This document shows positions 26,046-39,709 of a DNA stretch of 64,000 nt, in pieces. The stretch's first letter is position 1, and each line of letters starts with the position of its first letter. The notes under the pieces were generated by a model. The model did not search any database. It worked only from the letters and a program-made list of their open reading frames with translations, and was not told the DNA's origin. The position numbers and the translations under genes were made by a program. The stretch lies in the NCBI GenBank assembly GCA_964016885.1, contig OZ024747.1, forward strand, positions 89,342,001 through 89,406,000. Reading direction: 5' to 3'. This DNA comes from Eledone cirrhosa (lineage: Eukaryota).

Positions 26046-26329
26046 CCTGTCTGGCCCTCTGGAGAATAGAGGAAATGTGTTTCCTTGAAAACTCGTATGA
26101 CTCTAAAACCCGGTCCGTCTGTGTGGTTACGTACAGACTAGCTGACACTCACTGTAAAGTGTCTAGTGAAAAACTCAGTACATGTACATATGTATACATG
26201 TGTGTATTTATATGCATACTAATACTTCCGTATACATATGTAGATGTACACTTTAACTTAATTGTTTAAGCGTCAGTCATACAAAAGTGAGTTAGAAGCG
26301 AAACGAAATTTAATTTCGTTTCGTTATTT

Positions 26330-26383
<54 letters not shown>

Positions 26384-26990
26384 CGGCGATAAATTAGTTT
26401 TGCGAGGTTATTGATATGAAATCGTGTGTCGAAACAAATATTGTTATACTTGGGGAGAGTCATATTTGTGTAATATTGCCAGAATTAATAACAGAACACA
26501 CTCACTGTTTGGTTGGTTTTCGCTTTTCGCTTCTGTGTCTTTTATATTGGTAATCTAACTTACTCGGTCCTCAATGTTGCCATTGACTGACCAGCGGTCA
26601 AAAATAATACAGATACAATATAGACACAAACACATATATATAGTTTATCAAAGTTCTTTCGTTGCACATCTGCAACATCGTCAGTGGTGCTATTGTTTCC
26701 TCCTGTTGCATTGTATTTTCTACGCCACCTTTATTTAGTCTGTTTATATATTTATTTATTTGTTTATTTTATTTTGTCTTCTTTGCGCATGCGTTGTGTA
26801 TAGTGTTTTGTTTGATGTGTGTTCGTGATTGGGTGACTGTGTATTGGTTAATGTATTCTATCTTTACTAGTGTGTGTTTATATGTGTTTGTTGTTATTGT
26901 GCTTGTGTATGTATTTATTTATTTATTTATCTATTTATTTATGTATACTTCTCTTAGGTCAGTGTTGTTTGTTTGGGTGTTGTTGTTATT

Positions 26991-27416
26991 CTATTCATTC
27001 TTTCTGTTTAGCCTTGGCCTTCTAAGTTCTATTTCACTGGCCTCTCTGATTTGCCTATCTGCTGGGTCATTTCTATGTTTAGATATTATTCTAATTTCTA
27101 TGTTGTCTATGTTACCGTCGTGTTGTTGTCTGGCATGTTCGTATAGTACTGAACCGTTTTTTCGTCCTTTTAGTTCCCCCCAGTGTTGGTCTATCCTTTC
27201 ACCTATGCTACGAGCTGTCTCGCCTATGTATGTTGTTGTCATGTTTCTGCAAGTACCCTCTGTACATCTTATGCTATAGACTACGTTTCTAGTTTTACAG
27301 TTTATCCGGGGGTTTACCTTACATATGATACATTTCCTATTAGTACAGTGGGTTTTCTTAAAAGGGTAGGTTTTGCTGATCAGGGATTTTATGGTGGTTC
27401 CTGGTTTTTCTACCAC
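26991..27416 (-). pseudogene. PLE Cys-linker and GIY-YIG endonuclease domain
   Basis: CTNRKCIIC linker, then NVVYSIRC...YIGETARSIGERIDQH and RQIREASEI...PRLN. Joined to the RT ORF by a frameshift near 27425. Confidence 0.9.
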
Positions 27417-27424
27417 CTTAATTA

Positions 27425-28852
27425 TTAAGTGGTCTTTCTCAGGGCCTTTCTACACTGGTTAGCTAATTTCCCTCCAGGGGTAGCTTCCACAAACATGACA
27501 CTCTGGTATCTCTGGTTGTCGTACCATGAGGTGGCTTTCCCTATCTTATGTCTAGCCCTATCTAATCTATTCCATGATTTGCTCCTGTATAATGGGCAAA
27601 TTCCTTTCATGTCCAATTCTATGAGGGTCTTATACTTCTCCGTGGCTCCTTCGTATACTCTGACTCTGTCTCTTTGGTTGTAGCCAGAGAACTGCATGCG
27701 GTTGATGAAGTGTTGGATGTGTCTTTCCATTTCTGTTGGGTCGCACATGCGGGACACGTTCTTCATCACTCGTACCAAGTCTGCAATCAGAATATTAAAC
27801 TTAGCACTACTGGACATTGCTGAGTTTTTGAGTATCAGGTATTTGGAGGCCATGGGTTTAGCATAGTGTGAGTGGAGAATTTGGGCTCTCTCGTCTATAG
27901 TGTTAATCCAGAGTTCCGTGTCTAATACAAGTAGTTTATTGTTAGGGTGTTTGGAAGTGTAGTCGATAGTTACAGTTATACTCTGGTGTATGGAATTAGC
28001 TATCTGCTGGATGCTTTCCATTGTGCTACATTCTAAATCCAACTTGTTAGTGCTCTTTTGTGGGGATGTTCTTATAACTATATTGATATCGTCTACGTAA
28101 CGAGAGTACATGATGAGGTCTATAGAGCTCTCATTAAGGAGATCTTTAAGTCTCCTTTCCCACCATACCATAAAAAGGTTGGCAACGTCACCAGCTATGC
28201 TGACACCAATGGCTGCTCCCTCATTTTGGGTGTAGATCTTCTCGTTGAACTTGAATATGTGGCCCTTTAGGGTAGTTTTGATACTAGCCCCTATTGCATG
28301 TGCGACCATTTTTCTTACCTGATCATTGTTTTGGGGGGTCCGTATAGCTTTGGTCCACCCAATCCACCTTCCCATGGGTGTCTTTTTAGCCATTGAGGTT
28401 ATGGTGGGGGGGGGGGGTCTACCTCTTATGGGTCTACTGGGGCAGAAACGTCTAAGTTCATGGCTGTCTAGGTAGTCAGTGTCGTAGGTAAGTCTAAGTA
28501 GGAGACCCAGTTCGTCTGTGTCGACGTCGCAGAACTCCACCTCACTCTCAATGATCATCTCCACACATTTTTCCACAGCAAAATCAATGTTAATGGATGG
28601 GTACAGTGATACCACATCCATGCTGCCTATTATGCAGTTGGATAGGTTCTTGTTTTTGTTGCACTCACTGATTCTGCTGAGGAGGTCCTCTGTACTGTCA
28701 CATACATCTGGGGACATCTTGATTATGGGGCGTATAACCATTGAGAGGAAGTAGGAGATCCTGTAGTTGCTAGCTATATTTGCTCCGCATACGGGTCTTG
28801 TTGGTCGTCCGTTGTCGGGTCGTCGACTGTATTGTGGTCTTTGTGGAGCCAA
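27425..28852 (-). pseudogene. PLE reverse transcriptase domain
   Basis: RPVCGA, SMDVVSLYPSI, YTQNEGAAIG, YSRYVDD, LVLDTEL and HYAKP motifs typical of PLE RTs. Confidence 0.92.
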
Positions 28853-28934
28853 TACAAGGGTGGTATGCCATTGTTAGACGCCTGGAAGTTGTTGGCAGTG
28901 CGTCTGCTTGGCTTTAAGATGTCGGTCCACATCA

Positions 28935-29760
28935 TCATGTGAGCGTTGAGGATTTTCTCTCTCCCATCATGTATTTGCTGTGCAATTTCGCTCGTATTGG
29001 TGATGTGGGTTGCATAGCCTTGATGTAGTTCGGCATGCTATCTATTGACATCCTACCAGACTTATCCGTGGGTAGACATACTACCTCACCATCCCTTGTG
29101 CGCTGCTTGAGGCTAACCAAGCCTTCTACAGGTTTCCTCCCAAGTTGTTGGACCTCTGGTCTGCTTTGTCTCTTAGTATACCGGTCTACTATTTGTCTAA
29201 TCTTATTTCTAGTTATGGTGAACTGTGTCTCGTCATCAATTTGTTGTGGTATGCAAACTTTTTTATTAAAGGGTAACCTCGTAGGATAGATATTACCCAT
29301 CTTATATGTTTTGTCAGCTGGGTTGAAGAATAGTTTCTCAGAGAGGTTGTCATTATATCTATCGTCATAGTTGTGTGTGTTGCTATTATTGTTATTATGG
29401 TGGTTGTTGTTGTTCCTATCATTAGCATTATTATTATTGTTATGATTGCTAGATGTATTGTTGCTGTGATTGTTGTTTTCTTCACCGTTATTGTTGTTGT
29501 TACTGTTATTTCTACCATTGTGGTTGTTACTTTTATTATGTTTCTTGTTTTTGTTGTTGTGTCTATCATTAATGTTGCTATATGTATTATTTCTATTATT
29601 ACCACTGTGGTTGTTGTTATTCGTATTGTTACCGTTATTACTACTGTGGTCGCTACTGCTGTGTCTGTCGTTAATGTTTCTATTATTATTATTGTGGTTG
29701 TTGTTGTTGTTCTGTCTATCGTTAGTATTATTACCATTATTACTATTTCTCACTCTCCTT
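28935..29760 (-). pseudogene. PLE N-terminal region with Asn-rich low-complexity tract
   Basis: PTRLPFNKKVCIP and GLVSLKQR...VVCLPTDKSGRM (DKG/DKS motif preceding PLE RT). About 130 codons of N/H/S-rich repeats lie upstream in frame. Confidence 0.8.
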
Positions 29761-29954
29761 CTAACGTCCACCTTCGACGCTAACATGGATTAGATATGTT
29801 TCATTTGAGGCAGGTTGGGTCAGGTGACCGTATCCTGCTCATATAGAATTGTTTCTGGCTAGTTTCTAGAGATGGATGCCCTTCTTAACACCAACCACAT
29901 TTACAGTGTATACTGGGTGCTTTTTGCCATAACTCCTACATGACCACTTTACAG

Positions 29955-29955
<1 letters not shown>
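29760..29955 (-). mobile_element. RTE 3' UTR fragment abutting the PLE 5' truncation point
   Basis: taacgtccacc...ggatgcccttcttaacaccaaccacatttacagtg matches the RTE tail family. Confidence 0.7.
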
Positions 29956-30013
<58 letters not shown>

Positions 30014-30457
30014 TATATTGTTATAATTTTGGAGGGTCATGCTGAATTCAAAAACAAAGTATACATATATATATATCAATCTATCTATTTATCTGTCTGT
30101 CTGTCTCTTTGTCTGTGTAGATAATTAACTAGCTATGTTTTCTCTTCTCTGTGTATGTACATGTGTGTGTGTTTGTGTGTGTATGTGGGTGTGTGTCTGT
30201 GTCCATGGGTGTGTGCTCAATAAAATAATTCTAGTGATAATCAAAGTAGTCTGCATCAGCTGGGTATGGACTATTCAAGTAGGATCACAAGTAAAAGCAA
30301 AGCAAAAATAAAAAGAAAATCACAGAATGATGAATGATAGTATATGAAGCCAATATAATTATGCTGTAAGGAAAGAACAGAGAAAGATTTAACATTTTGG
30401 GCAGTAATCCTTCTTCAAAGATAGAAAAGAGTCAGAAAAAAGGAAAATTATTTTTTT

Positions 30458-31088
30458 CTTCTTTTGGTACAAGGCCAGCAATTATTCCAGTGCATTACTG
30501 GTGCTTTATTTTATCGACCCCATAAGGCTGAAAGGCAAAGTTAACCTTGGAGGGATTTGAACTTAGCCCGTAAAGGGGCATGACTCTATGCTGCAAAGCA
30601 TGGCATCTGACCTTCTACCAATACTGCCAGAAAATAAAATAAAGTAAAAAGACTGACAATTTCAATAAATCATTAAGGTGAATGGTGGAATGAAATTGGG
30701 TCAAGTGCATGTTTGTAGCATAAGGGTTTACAGCCAAAAGAATGAGGACTAAAGGAGATAAGTGAGATAAGTATAAAAAGAGGTAAAGAAATGTGGGTTA
30801 TATTATGTATGTGTGAGCATGTAGTATGTATGTGTTGGGGTTCTGGGGTTTGGGTGAACAAAGTGCATAACAGGTTGTGTGTGTGTGAGGATGTGTTGTA
30901 ATAATAATAATAATTGTTTCTACTTTTGGCACAAGGCCAGCAATTAACCAATACATTACTGGTACTTTATTTTATCGACCCTGTAAGGATGAAAGGCAAA
31001 GTTAACCTTGACGGGATTTGAACTCAGACCGTAAAGGGACGTAACTATGCTAGAAAACATGGTGTCTGACCCTCTACCGATACTGCCA
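30458..31088 (-). mobile_element. Two SINE A copies (30458-30628 and 30911-31088)
   Basis: Both contain tactggt.ctttattttatcgaccc..taagg.tgaaaggcaaagttaacct..gggatttgaact. Confidence 0.82.
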
Positions 31089-32413
31089 AATAATAATAAT
31101 AATGATTGTTTCTAGTTTAGATACAAGGCCAGCAAAGGAGAAGGTATTAATGAGACTAATGGCATAGTTACTTTTAAGGATGTGTGATGGAAAAGCTAGA
31201 TGAGATGTTTGGAAGTGAGTTCAGTGAACCAGTTGCCAATAGAGATGATGGGGCTAACACAGGGTGTGTGTGTGGGGGGGGGGGTGCATTTTGGATCTTG
31301 GAGAGGTACAACATCATGGAACTCTTACCAAAGTACTTGCACCATGAACAATTAACTTTTTGATTAAAAACACAACTAACCGAACCAAAATTAAGAATCA
31401 TATTGTCCCTGCTCCCTCCAAAAATACACCTACACACTCATAAACGAAAGCCCTAAAGTACATGACAACCCTTTCATTTCCCTCCTACACACACGCATAA
31501 ACAAATGCCCTAAAATACACTACAACCCTTTTATCTCCTTCTTCCACACACACACTGCACTGTTCATCTACCAAATTCTTACACAAACACTATTAGGCTC
31601 AGGTCAAACTTCCTACACAAGCTCACATTCACATCTAGGGCACACACATGCATACACTCAATCACACAATATGCTCACTTACTTCCCTACACTCATACAC
31701 ATGATTAACATGCTTACACATTTCCTTACATCTTTTCATGCTTACCTCACTTATCTCCCTTTGCTTTCACTCTTTTGGCAACAAATCCCCATTTTACACA
31801 CTATAGATCTATTCACTTCTGTTTTGCCACTCACCATGCTGCTTTACCAAAATCAATTTTTTTCCCCCACTTTTTTTTGGTTCTTGAAAAAGGTCAACTG
31901 TCCAAAACATTAAAATCTCCTCCATTCCTTCCTTACAACATAATTATATTGACTTTGCTCGCCTTATTTTCCTCATGACTTAACCTGAACATGTCTGCAT
32001 GATTTGTGAGTGTGTAATATTTACTTATTTTATTACTGTATATCTTAATCTTATAGTTGTTCATATTTTCTTTAGAATTTTTCTTCTTCTTTGATAGAAT
32101 TCCAATGCTAAACTTAGATCCTCATTATTTCAACATCATTTCGGTTGAGTGAATTTGTTCCATATCATTTATTTTTGTCCTTTTTTTTCAATACATTTTA
32201 TTTTATTCATCTTTTTTTTTGTTTTAGAGTTTCTAACTTTAATTATCTAGAATAACTTGTAAATCAATATAAAGAATATAAAACAAGATAACTAAAAAAA
32301 AAATCAAACCAGAAGGAAAACTATGATCTTAATATTGAGTGGGGAATGTTTGTCTTAGGTACAACAAATCTAAGTATTTGGAAAACATGAAACATTTGTA
32401 TTACAGGGTTAAA

Positions 32414-32630
32414 TAATTGTTTCTACTATAGGTACAAGGAAAGATATTTGAAGGGAAGGGGAAGTTGATTAGATTGATCCCAGTGCATTACTGGTATTTT
32501 ATTTTATTGACCCTGTAAGGATGAAAAGCAAAGTTAACCTCAGCGGGATTTGAACTCAGAACGTAAAGGGCCGTAACTATGCTGAAAAGCATGGCATCTG
32601 ATGCTCTACTAATACTTCCAACCCACCACC
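32414..32630 (-). mobile_element. SINE A copy (long-tail variant)
   Basis: Same head and central domain as the other family A copies. Confidence 0.8.
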
Positions 32631-34455
32631 CTCATTATAGGGTTAAAAGATAAACCAAAATTATATGTCTGCAACAATTTTCTTCCTAATGATCTTTCAT
32701 GCCTAACAAGACAATCATTTTTTTTTACATCTCGCCTCCACTTTTTTTTTTTTTTTAAATTTAGGACACAAATTATACAGATTTAGTCTGAATAAATTCT
32801 GTTAGTTCTGTTCTGTCACATGGTAAACATGTAACTTTCTAATACTTAACATTACTAAACCCATGAAAACTGACCCCTTTCTCTAACCAGTCACTGCCTA
32901 CTTAAATGGTATAAAAAATCTTATAGAAGGATATCAGTAAATTTTATTTAGTAGTTTATTATTAGTATTCAGTAAAGACAATTAGTGGCAGTGCTAATTC
33001 GAATAAAACTTATCAATTTTTTTTATTTAATTTATTTTTTGTAGCCTCATTTGCAGATGAGTTAAATGTATGCATATGTTTATATACATAAACTCATACA
33101 TACGAATAAACAGTTGATTCATAATATTACCTAGTTTAAATCTTTTCAATTTAACTGTTTTATAATAATATCTTTCAAAGATTTTCTGAGATGTGTTTAG
33201 AATCTAAACATATATTCATCATGCATTAAAAATAAAATCAATCAAAACAAATGTTGTTGAAAGGAGTCGTTGATAAGCTACTTTATTAGTTGTGGTGTGA
33301 TAAGAAATATTTCATATCCCCCGTCTCAACCCAGACAACACCATCAGATAATAAATTTTATAATCTTCTAAATTAAGTTCTGCTAAAAGCCATTCCTTAA
33401 AAGTAGAATAATTTCAATTAAGGTCCCTCAAATGTCTAAAAGAAAAGAAAAAATATGTAGAATTAGCTATTAACTTGCCATACTAGTGAATAATGTGGTT
33501 GAGAATATTAATTTAAATTCAAAAAGCAGTTTATTTTATCTTTTATTTTTCTAGATAAAAACTGGATGTTACTGAAAACCTTTTTCTTGGTATATAATAA
33601 TGATTGGAAACTTTCAAAAATGGTTGCAGCCAAATGAAAAGTTGTCAGCAGTAAATCAGTCACAGCCAAATGAAGGGTTGTAAGTAGTAATTCACTTGCA
33701 GAGAAAATAAGTGCTGTAAGCACAAATTCATCTTTTATTAAGAATTAATGTTGACTTTGGAAAAATACTTATATTTCAATGAACCCCAGCTAAAGTATTA
33801 AACAAAATTAAAATTTAAACAAAATGCACTCAAAGAAGGAAGATTATGTGAAAAATCAGCTAATTAAAGTTTTCTAAACTTTGTTTAAGAATATTAAAAT
33901 ACATATTTTCAGAAAAATTACTAAAATAATTTCCCAATTTTGTTTCATTCTACATACTAATAGGAAATATTAAATTTTGAAGTTGGAAACAAATTTTCAA
34001 AGAATCGTTAAAACAAAAACAAGAAATGGACTTCTTCAAACAAAGATGTAAAAATCATTTACAAAACAAATACACAAAAGATTACTGAATTAAAATCTGA
34101 AGTAAAAAAAAAAAAAAAAAGATTAACATAATATTTTGATTTTTAATTATTCTCTATTGGAAATATTTTTTCAAAGAACACTCATTTTAGATTATAATCT
34201 TAATGTAAGTTATATTAAGTAAAAACTCTGTTTTCCTATCTGGATATTCATCTTTATGTATTATATATATCCAGACAGGGAATCTTGATTTTATCAACAT
34301 AAAATATTTTTGTGAGGTAGAATTATCATCACCTTCAATATCTCTTTCTTGCTGCATTGGTATGCAATGAATCAACATATAAAGGTGAGTTATCTTAGAG
34401 GTTGCCATCTTACTTATTATCAATCATATTATCTTTAAATATAAGCTACACACAT

Positions 34456-34512
<57 letters not shown>

Positions 34513-34624
34513 TTATATGTTATATATTATATGTATATGTGAAGGTGCATAGAAAAAGAATGAAAGTGTATAAGCATATTTATGTTTATGTATAAGCATA
34601 TTCATAAAATTCAAAGTGGGAAAA

Positions 34625-34707
<83 letters not shown>

Positions 34708-35942
34708 TATATACATATATTTATATACATATTTATATACATATTTATATACATATATATATACATATTTTTATATACATATTTTTATATACATATTTTT
34801 ATATACATATATATATACATATATACATATATTTATATACATATATTTATATACATATATACATATATATATATACATATATATATATACATATATATAT
34901 ATATGTACATATATATTGATAAAAGGAATTCCAACTTTGTCTGATTTACACGTTTTATTTACAATCCTTTAAAATTTATAATGGTATTAGAATGAAATAC
35001 TATGGTAGAATATTAAATGTTAAGTGTTAATTGAACAAGTATTTTCATGCTTTCGCAATCTTCAGGTTCATATTCTGTGGTGACAGTCAAGTTTGCAATT
35101 TTCAACTGTTGAAAATGTATACATATATATACATATATACATATATACATATATATACATATATTTATATACATATATATATATAAATATATAACATATA
35201 TATATATACACATATATATATTAACACACACACATATATATATATGTGCGTGTGCATGTATGCGTGTATAATAAGCAATATGTATAACATATTTATCATA
35301 TGGTACTATTTTTTTATCCCCAAACAATCCTAACTACTTATTTCACAACTGTATATATGTATGTACATCATCATCACATCATCATCACCAGTTAACAACA
35401 ATTTTCCATGTTTGCATAGGTTTGATGGTTATCATGAGCTGAAGCCTAACCCATCAGGTGATTAAGTCCTGCTCATACATTTTTGTTTTAGCTTGGTTTC
35501 TACAGCCAGATGCTCTTTGTAACACCAACCACTTTACAGTGTGTACTGACAACATTTTATCATGATGCCTGCATTACAGCCTGCTAGACTAGGTGCTTTT
35601 CTTCATACCACCTTCACTATTACCTTACATACCACCTTCACTATTACCCAAGCACCAGTAATACCATCTTACAGGGTGGACTGGGTGTGCTTTTCATCAT
35701 ATCATCAGCTTTATCTCCTTACAGAGTGGCCTGGCTGCTTTTCACCCTAGTACCAGCACTAATACTTTATAGCATGGACTAGGGGATTTTGTCGTGGCAC
35801 CAGAATTCTCTCAGGAGGTATTGGTGGGAGTTGGGGCTGTGGTACATACATTGCACTGCTGGAGGTGGAGTCATGATGATGGCCTTGAAGTGGATGGTGT
35901 TTGACATATTTTGGATGTGTGTCTGGTTCCTCTTGATGGTCA

Positions 35943-36027
<85 letters not shown>

Positions 36028-36143
36028 AGGTATGAATAAGACAAGGTTTTCTAACCTATCCAGTCTCTACCCATGACAACCTGTGAAATGATGAAATTAT
36101 GGTGACATATAAATACATGCGTACATATGTGTGTTTAATATAT

Positions 36144-36330
36144 AATCATTTCTACTTTTGGCACAAGGTCAGCAATTACCCCAGTGCATTACTGGTACTT
36201 TATTTTATCGACACTGTAAGAATGAAAGGTAAAGTTAACCTCAGCAGAATTTGAACTCAGAATGTAAAGGGCCATAACTCTATGCTGCAAAGCATGGTGT
36301 CTGAAACTCTACCGATACTGCCAATTCACT
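36144..36330 (-). mobile_element. SINE A copy
   Basis: Same head, central domain and tail as the other family A copies. Confidence 0.82.
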
Positions 36331-36601
36331 GCACCTGTGTGTTTAATATAAAATGAGAGAAGAGAGGGAAAAGAAAGAAGGGTACCAAGAAAAGAGATAA
36401 AAAGAAAATGATGGCAGAGCCTGTTAAAGAACAGCAGAAATTTTTTTGAAACTTTTACAAGAGCTCGTGAATCTAATTGTATAAAGGTGCATAAGACCCA
36501 AGACTAAAACTCTACTTAGTGTCAGCATATACAAAAGCCTGACAGCACCAAAGAAGTCCTTATATATATATGTATATGTATATATATGTATAAATATATT
36601 T

Positions 36602-36639
<38 letters not shown>

Positions 36640-36679
36640 ATATACATATGTGCATGTGTGTGTATATATACACATAAAT

Positions 36680-36712
<33 letters not shown>

Positions 36713-37731
36713 AAATAAAATGGAGTGTAGCAGATGTACTGGAGTTATCTATAACAAAATGCCATGAACTTAACATCATAAACATCTAAGATAAAATTGC
36801 TGCAGGGAAATATTCTAGTTTTCTTACCAAGAAAACTTAGAGCAAATGTTTGAGCAGAAATTTATTAAACAATAGCTAAGGTCTAGGAGGGTCAGAGAAT
36901 TTGTCTTGTTATATAATATCAAGCAGGAAATTTTCAACCATCTCACTAAGTTATTTAAAACAAATATGTTTACATTTAATATAAAGTACAGTGACTGCAA
37001 GTTCATTTGTATAGCCATTATATTGTGCTTCTGTGCAAGAAGTCCCATAATTCTCAGTGGGTTGTATGTAGTAAGAATTGTATCAAACTGTAAAATTTAA
37101 TTGTTTAAACAAATGAAACAATCTCCACCCAACCACATATGTGAACTTAGACGATATATATAAAGCAATCAAGAATCGTACACAAATCATAAATTTTGGA
37201 CATTTTTCAAGGCAACTGTCTTGAGGTTTGAATCCTCATCACCATCATTAACACCATCATCTCCATCACTACCTTCACCATCATCATCACATTCACCACC
37301 ACCACCACCACCACAACCACCACCACACCACACCACCATCACATGTCTCCATGGGTTTAGTTGTGTTGTCATGTTCTGAGGCTAAGTTGGTCAATTTTAG
37401 GCTTAGATTCTATGGCTGGATACCATTCCTAACTCCAATCATTTTACAGTGGGTACTTTAAGCATTTATTTATGGAATCAGCACTACCTGTCACCTTACA
37501 GAGTGGACTGGGTAGTTTTTATCAAGGAACCAGGGTGACTGAGTGTATTTTATCACCCTACAGAGTGGACTGAGTGCAGTTAGCACTATAACCTTACAGA
37601 ATGAACTGAGTGCTTTTTCTCATGATACTAGCACTAGCTCATTACAACAAAAAGGAAGCTTATGACCCGAGTCAAGCTGAAATGGCAATGATGGGAGTTA
37701 GATAGATAAAAAGATTGTATGCCTGCTTATC

Positions 37732-37958
37732 TTAACACTTTAGCATTTACATTACTCTATATTTACTATTATATTTTCACTGTAAACCTTTACCTTACAT
37801 AATTATCTCACATAATATCGAATCTATGAGATTTTGATATTATCTATCTTGAGAACAATACTTGACATAAGTATCAGCCACCGGTTACAGCTGGTTTGAA
37901 CAGAAAGAGGTGGGAAAATTCTGGTAGGATACGGCTAGTTTAAATGCTAAAGGGTTAA
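37732..37958. mobile_element. TTAA-flanked piggyBac-like MITE, intact copy
   Basis: TIRs ttaacactttagcattta / taaatgctaaagggttaa. Second intact copy at 40050-40278; LINE-interrupted copies at 38263-39742 and 52036-54481. Confidence 0.8.
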
Positions 37959-38440
37959 TGACACTGATCAGTTGTTTGTTGAGTCTGGAAATTTGGCAAC
38001 AATTTTTATTATAATAAACTTGTTGCTATTTAGCCTCAAGTCAATTCTAATCCTGCAGAGCTATGGCCATAGGTATTCCATTCAGGATCATTCTGGCAGC
38101 GATGTTTTTATAGACATTTTTGTAAGATGGCAGGATGTAATAAGAAGGAGAGTTTATATCTATTTCTAGCAATGTAGCATGTCAATGGCTTCCATATTGG
38201 CTCATATTAGAATTCATTCTTAACAACAGCAAAGTTTTATCATAACATTTCATTCTATACTATTAAACCTTTAGCAGTTAAAGTAGCCATATCTAGCCAG
38301 AATTCTCTCACCTCTTTCTATTCACACTGGCTGTAATCAGCTGCTCATACTGATGTTCAGGTATTGTTCCCAAAATAAATGATATCAAAATCTCATAGAT
38401 TCAATATTATGTGGAATAAAGCCTTTACTGCGAAAATGCA

Positions 38441-39709
38441 ATGACCTCGCACTTATAGCTGAATCTATGGTAGAACTAGAGAAGAAATTCCAAACTTGGA
38501 AGCAGGGACTAGAAAGAAAGGGTCTCAAAGTCAACATGACAAAGACTAAGGTCTTTGTAAGTAGACGAGAAAACAGAACCCAGATCCCCTCAGGGAAATG
38601 GCCTTGCTCAGTATGTAGGAAAGGTGTAGGTAGGAACTCCATTCTCTGCCCCAAATGCAAACAATGGGTACACAAGAGATGTAGCGGGATCTCAGGAAGC
38701 TTAATTAAGAATGTAGGCTTCACATGCAGCAGCTTTACTGGGACAGCAAGCAGCAAACAGCCGCAGGAAACAAGTACCACCAATCTCTGGGAGGGCTCTG
38801 TAGAGACAGTAGACAGCTTCTGCTACCTAGGTGACCGAATTAGCAGCGGAGGTGGGTGTTCAGAAAGTACAATAACTAGGGTAAGAACGGGATGGAAGAA
38901 GTTCAGGGAACTACTACCACTGCTAGTTGCAAAAGGCTTCTCCCTCAAAATGAAAGGCAGACTGTATGATGCGTGTATCCGAACAGCAATGTTACATGGT
39001 AGTGAGACCTGGGCGCTGAAGGTGGAAGACTTACGTAGATTAGAGAGAAACGAAGCCTGCATGCTCCGATGGATGTGTAATAGTAATATACGCGAACGAC
39101 AAAGCATAAATGAATTGAGAGAGAGACTGAGCATAAGAGGAATCAAATGCTGTGTGCAGGAAAGGCGGATGCGTTGGTATGGACATGTGATGCGTATGAA
39201 GGATGACAGCTGCATAAAAAGGTGCAGAGCACTAGAAGTCGATGGAAACCGCGGAGTGGGGAGACCCAAGATGACCTGGGATGAGGTGATAAAAGCCGAC
39301 CTTACCCAATTACACTTCTCAAAGGCGATGACACACGACCGTGACCTCTGGCGTCACGCAGTAATACAGAGTACCCGACCTCCCATGGGTACAAGCTGAA
39401 GCATATAGACAATATGCCCCCACACCCTCCCACTGCAAGGTGGTCGTGGAGGTGCCACGGCAAAAAAGCACCCAGCTCACACTGTAAAGTGAACATGTAG
39501 GCGCCACGAAAAAGCACCCAGCACTCACTGTAAATGAGGTTGGTGTTAGGAAGGGCATCCAGCTGTAGAAATCAAGCCAAATCAGTTCCTGTATGAGCAA
39601 GGCATGGTCAGCCGACCAGACACTGCCCACAACAGGACAACCCGTCTAACCCATGCTAGCATGGAAGAACGGACGTAAAACGGTGATGATGATGATGATG
39701 ATGATGATG
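38441..39709 (+). mobile_element. 5'-truncated RTE LINE (ORF 38467-39399, 3' UTR, (GAT)n tail)
   Basis: GLKVNMTKTKV, FCYLGD, AMLHGSETW, RWYGHVMRM and GRPKMTW motifs, with an embedded Cys/His finger. Confidence 0.92.

Larger units (their letters stand above)
25195..26332. mobile_element. Non-coding 469-bp unit: 1.5 tandem copies (25634-26332) plus an inverted copy (25195-25636); retrozyme/pLTR-like
   Basis: ctaaaacccggtccgtc recurs at 25634 and 26103. Mirror-image ORFs 25312-25530(+) and 25930-26148(-). Flanked by (TA)n. Confidence 0.85.
26382..29760 (-). mobile_element. Penelope-like retroelement (Neptune-like), 5'-truncated and frameshifted
   Basis: Three consecutive minus-strand ORFs encode the N-terminal/DKS region, RT and GIY-YIG. 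3' UTR ends at a (TA)n tract. Confidence 0.93.

Noticed and set aside
25312-26148. Duplicated 72-aa ORF on opposite strands
   Set aside because: Consequence of the inverted 469-bp repeat. GTG start, no recognisable domain, and antisense to the hammerhead.
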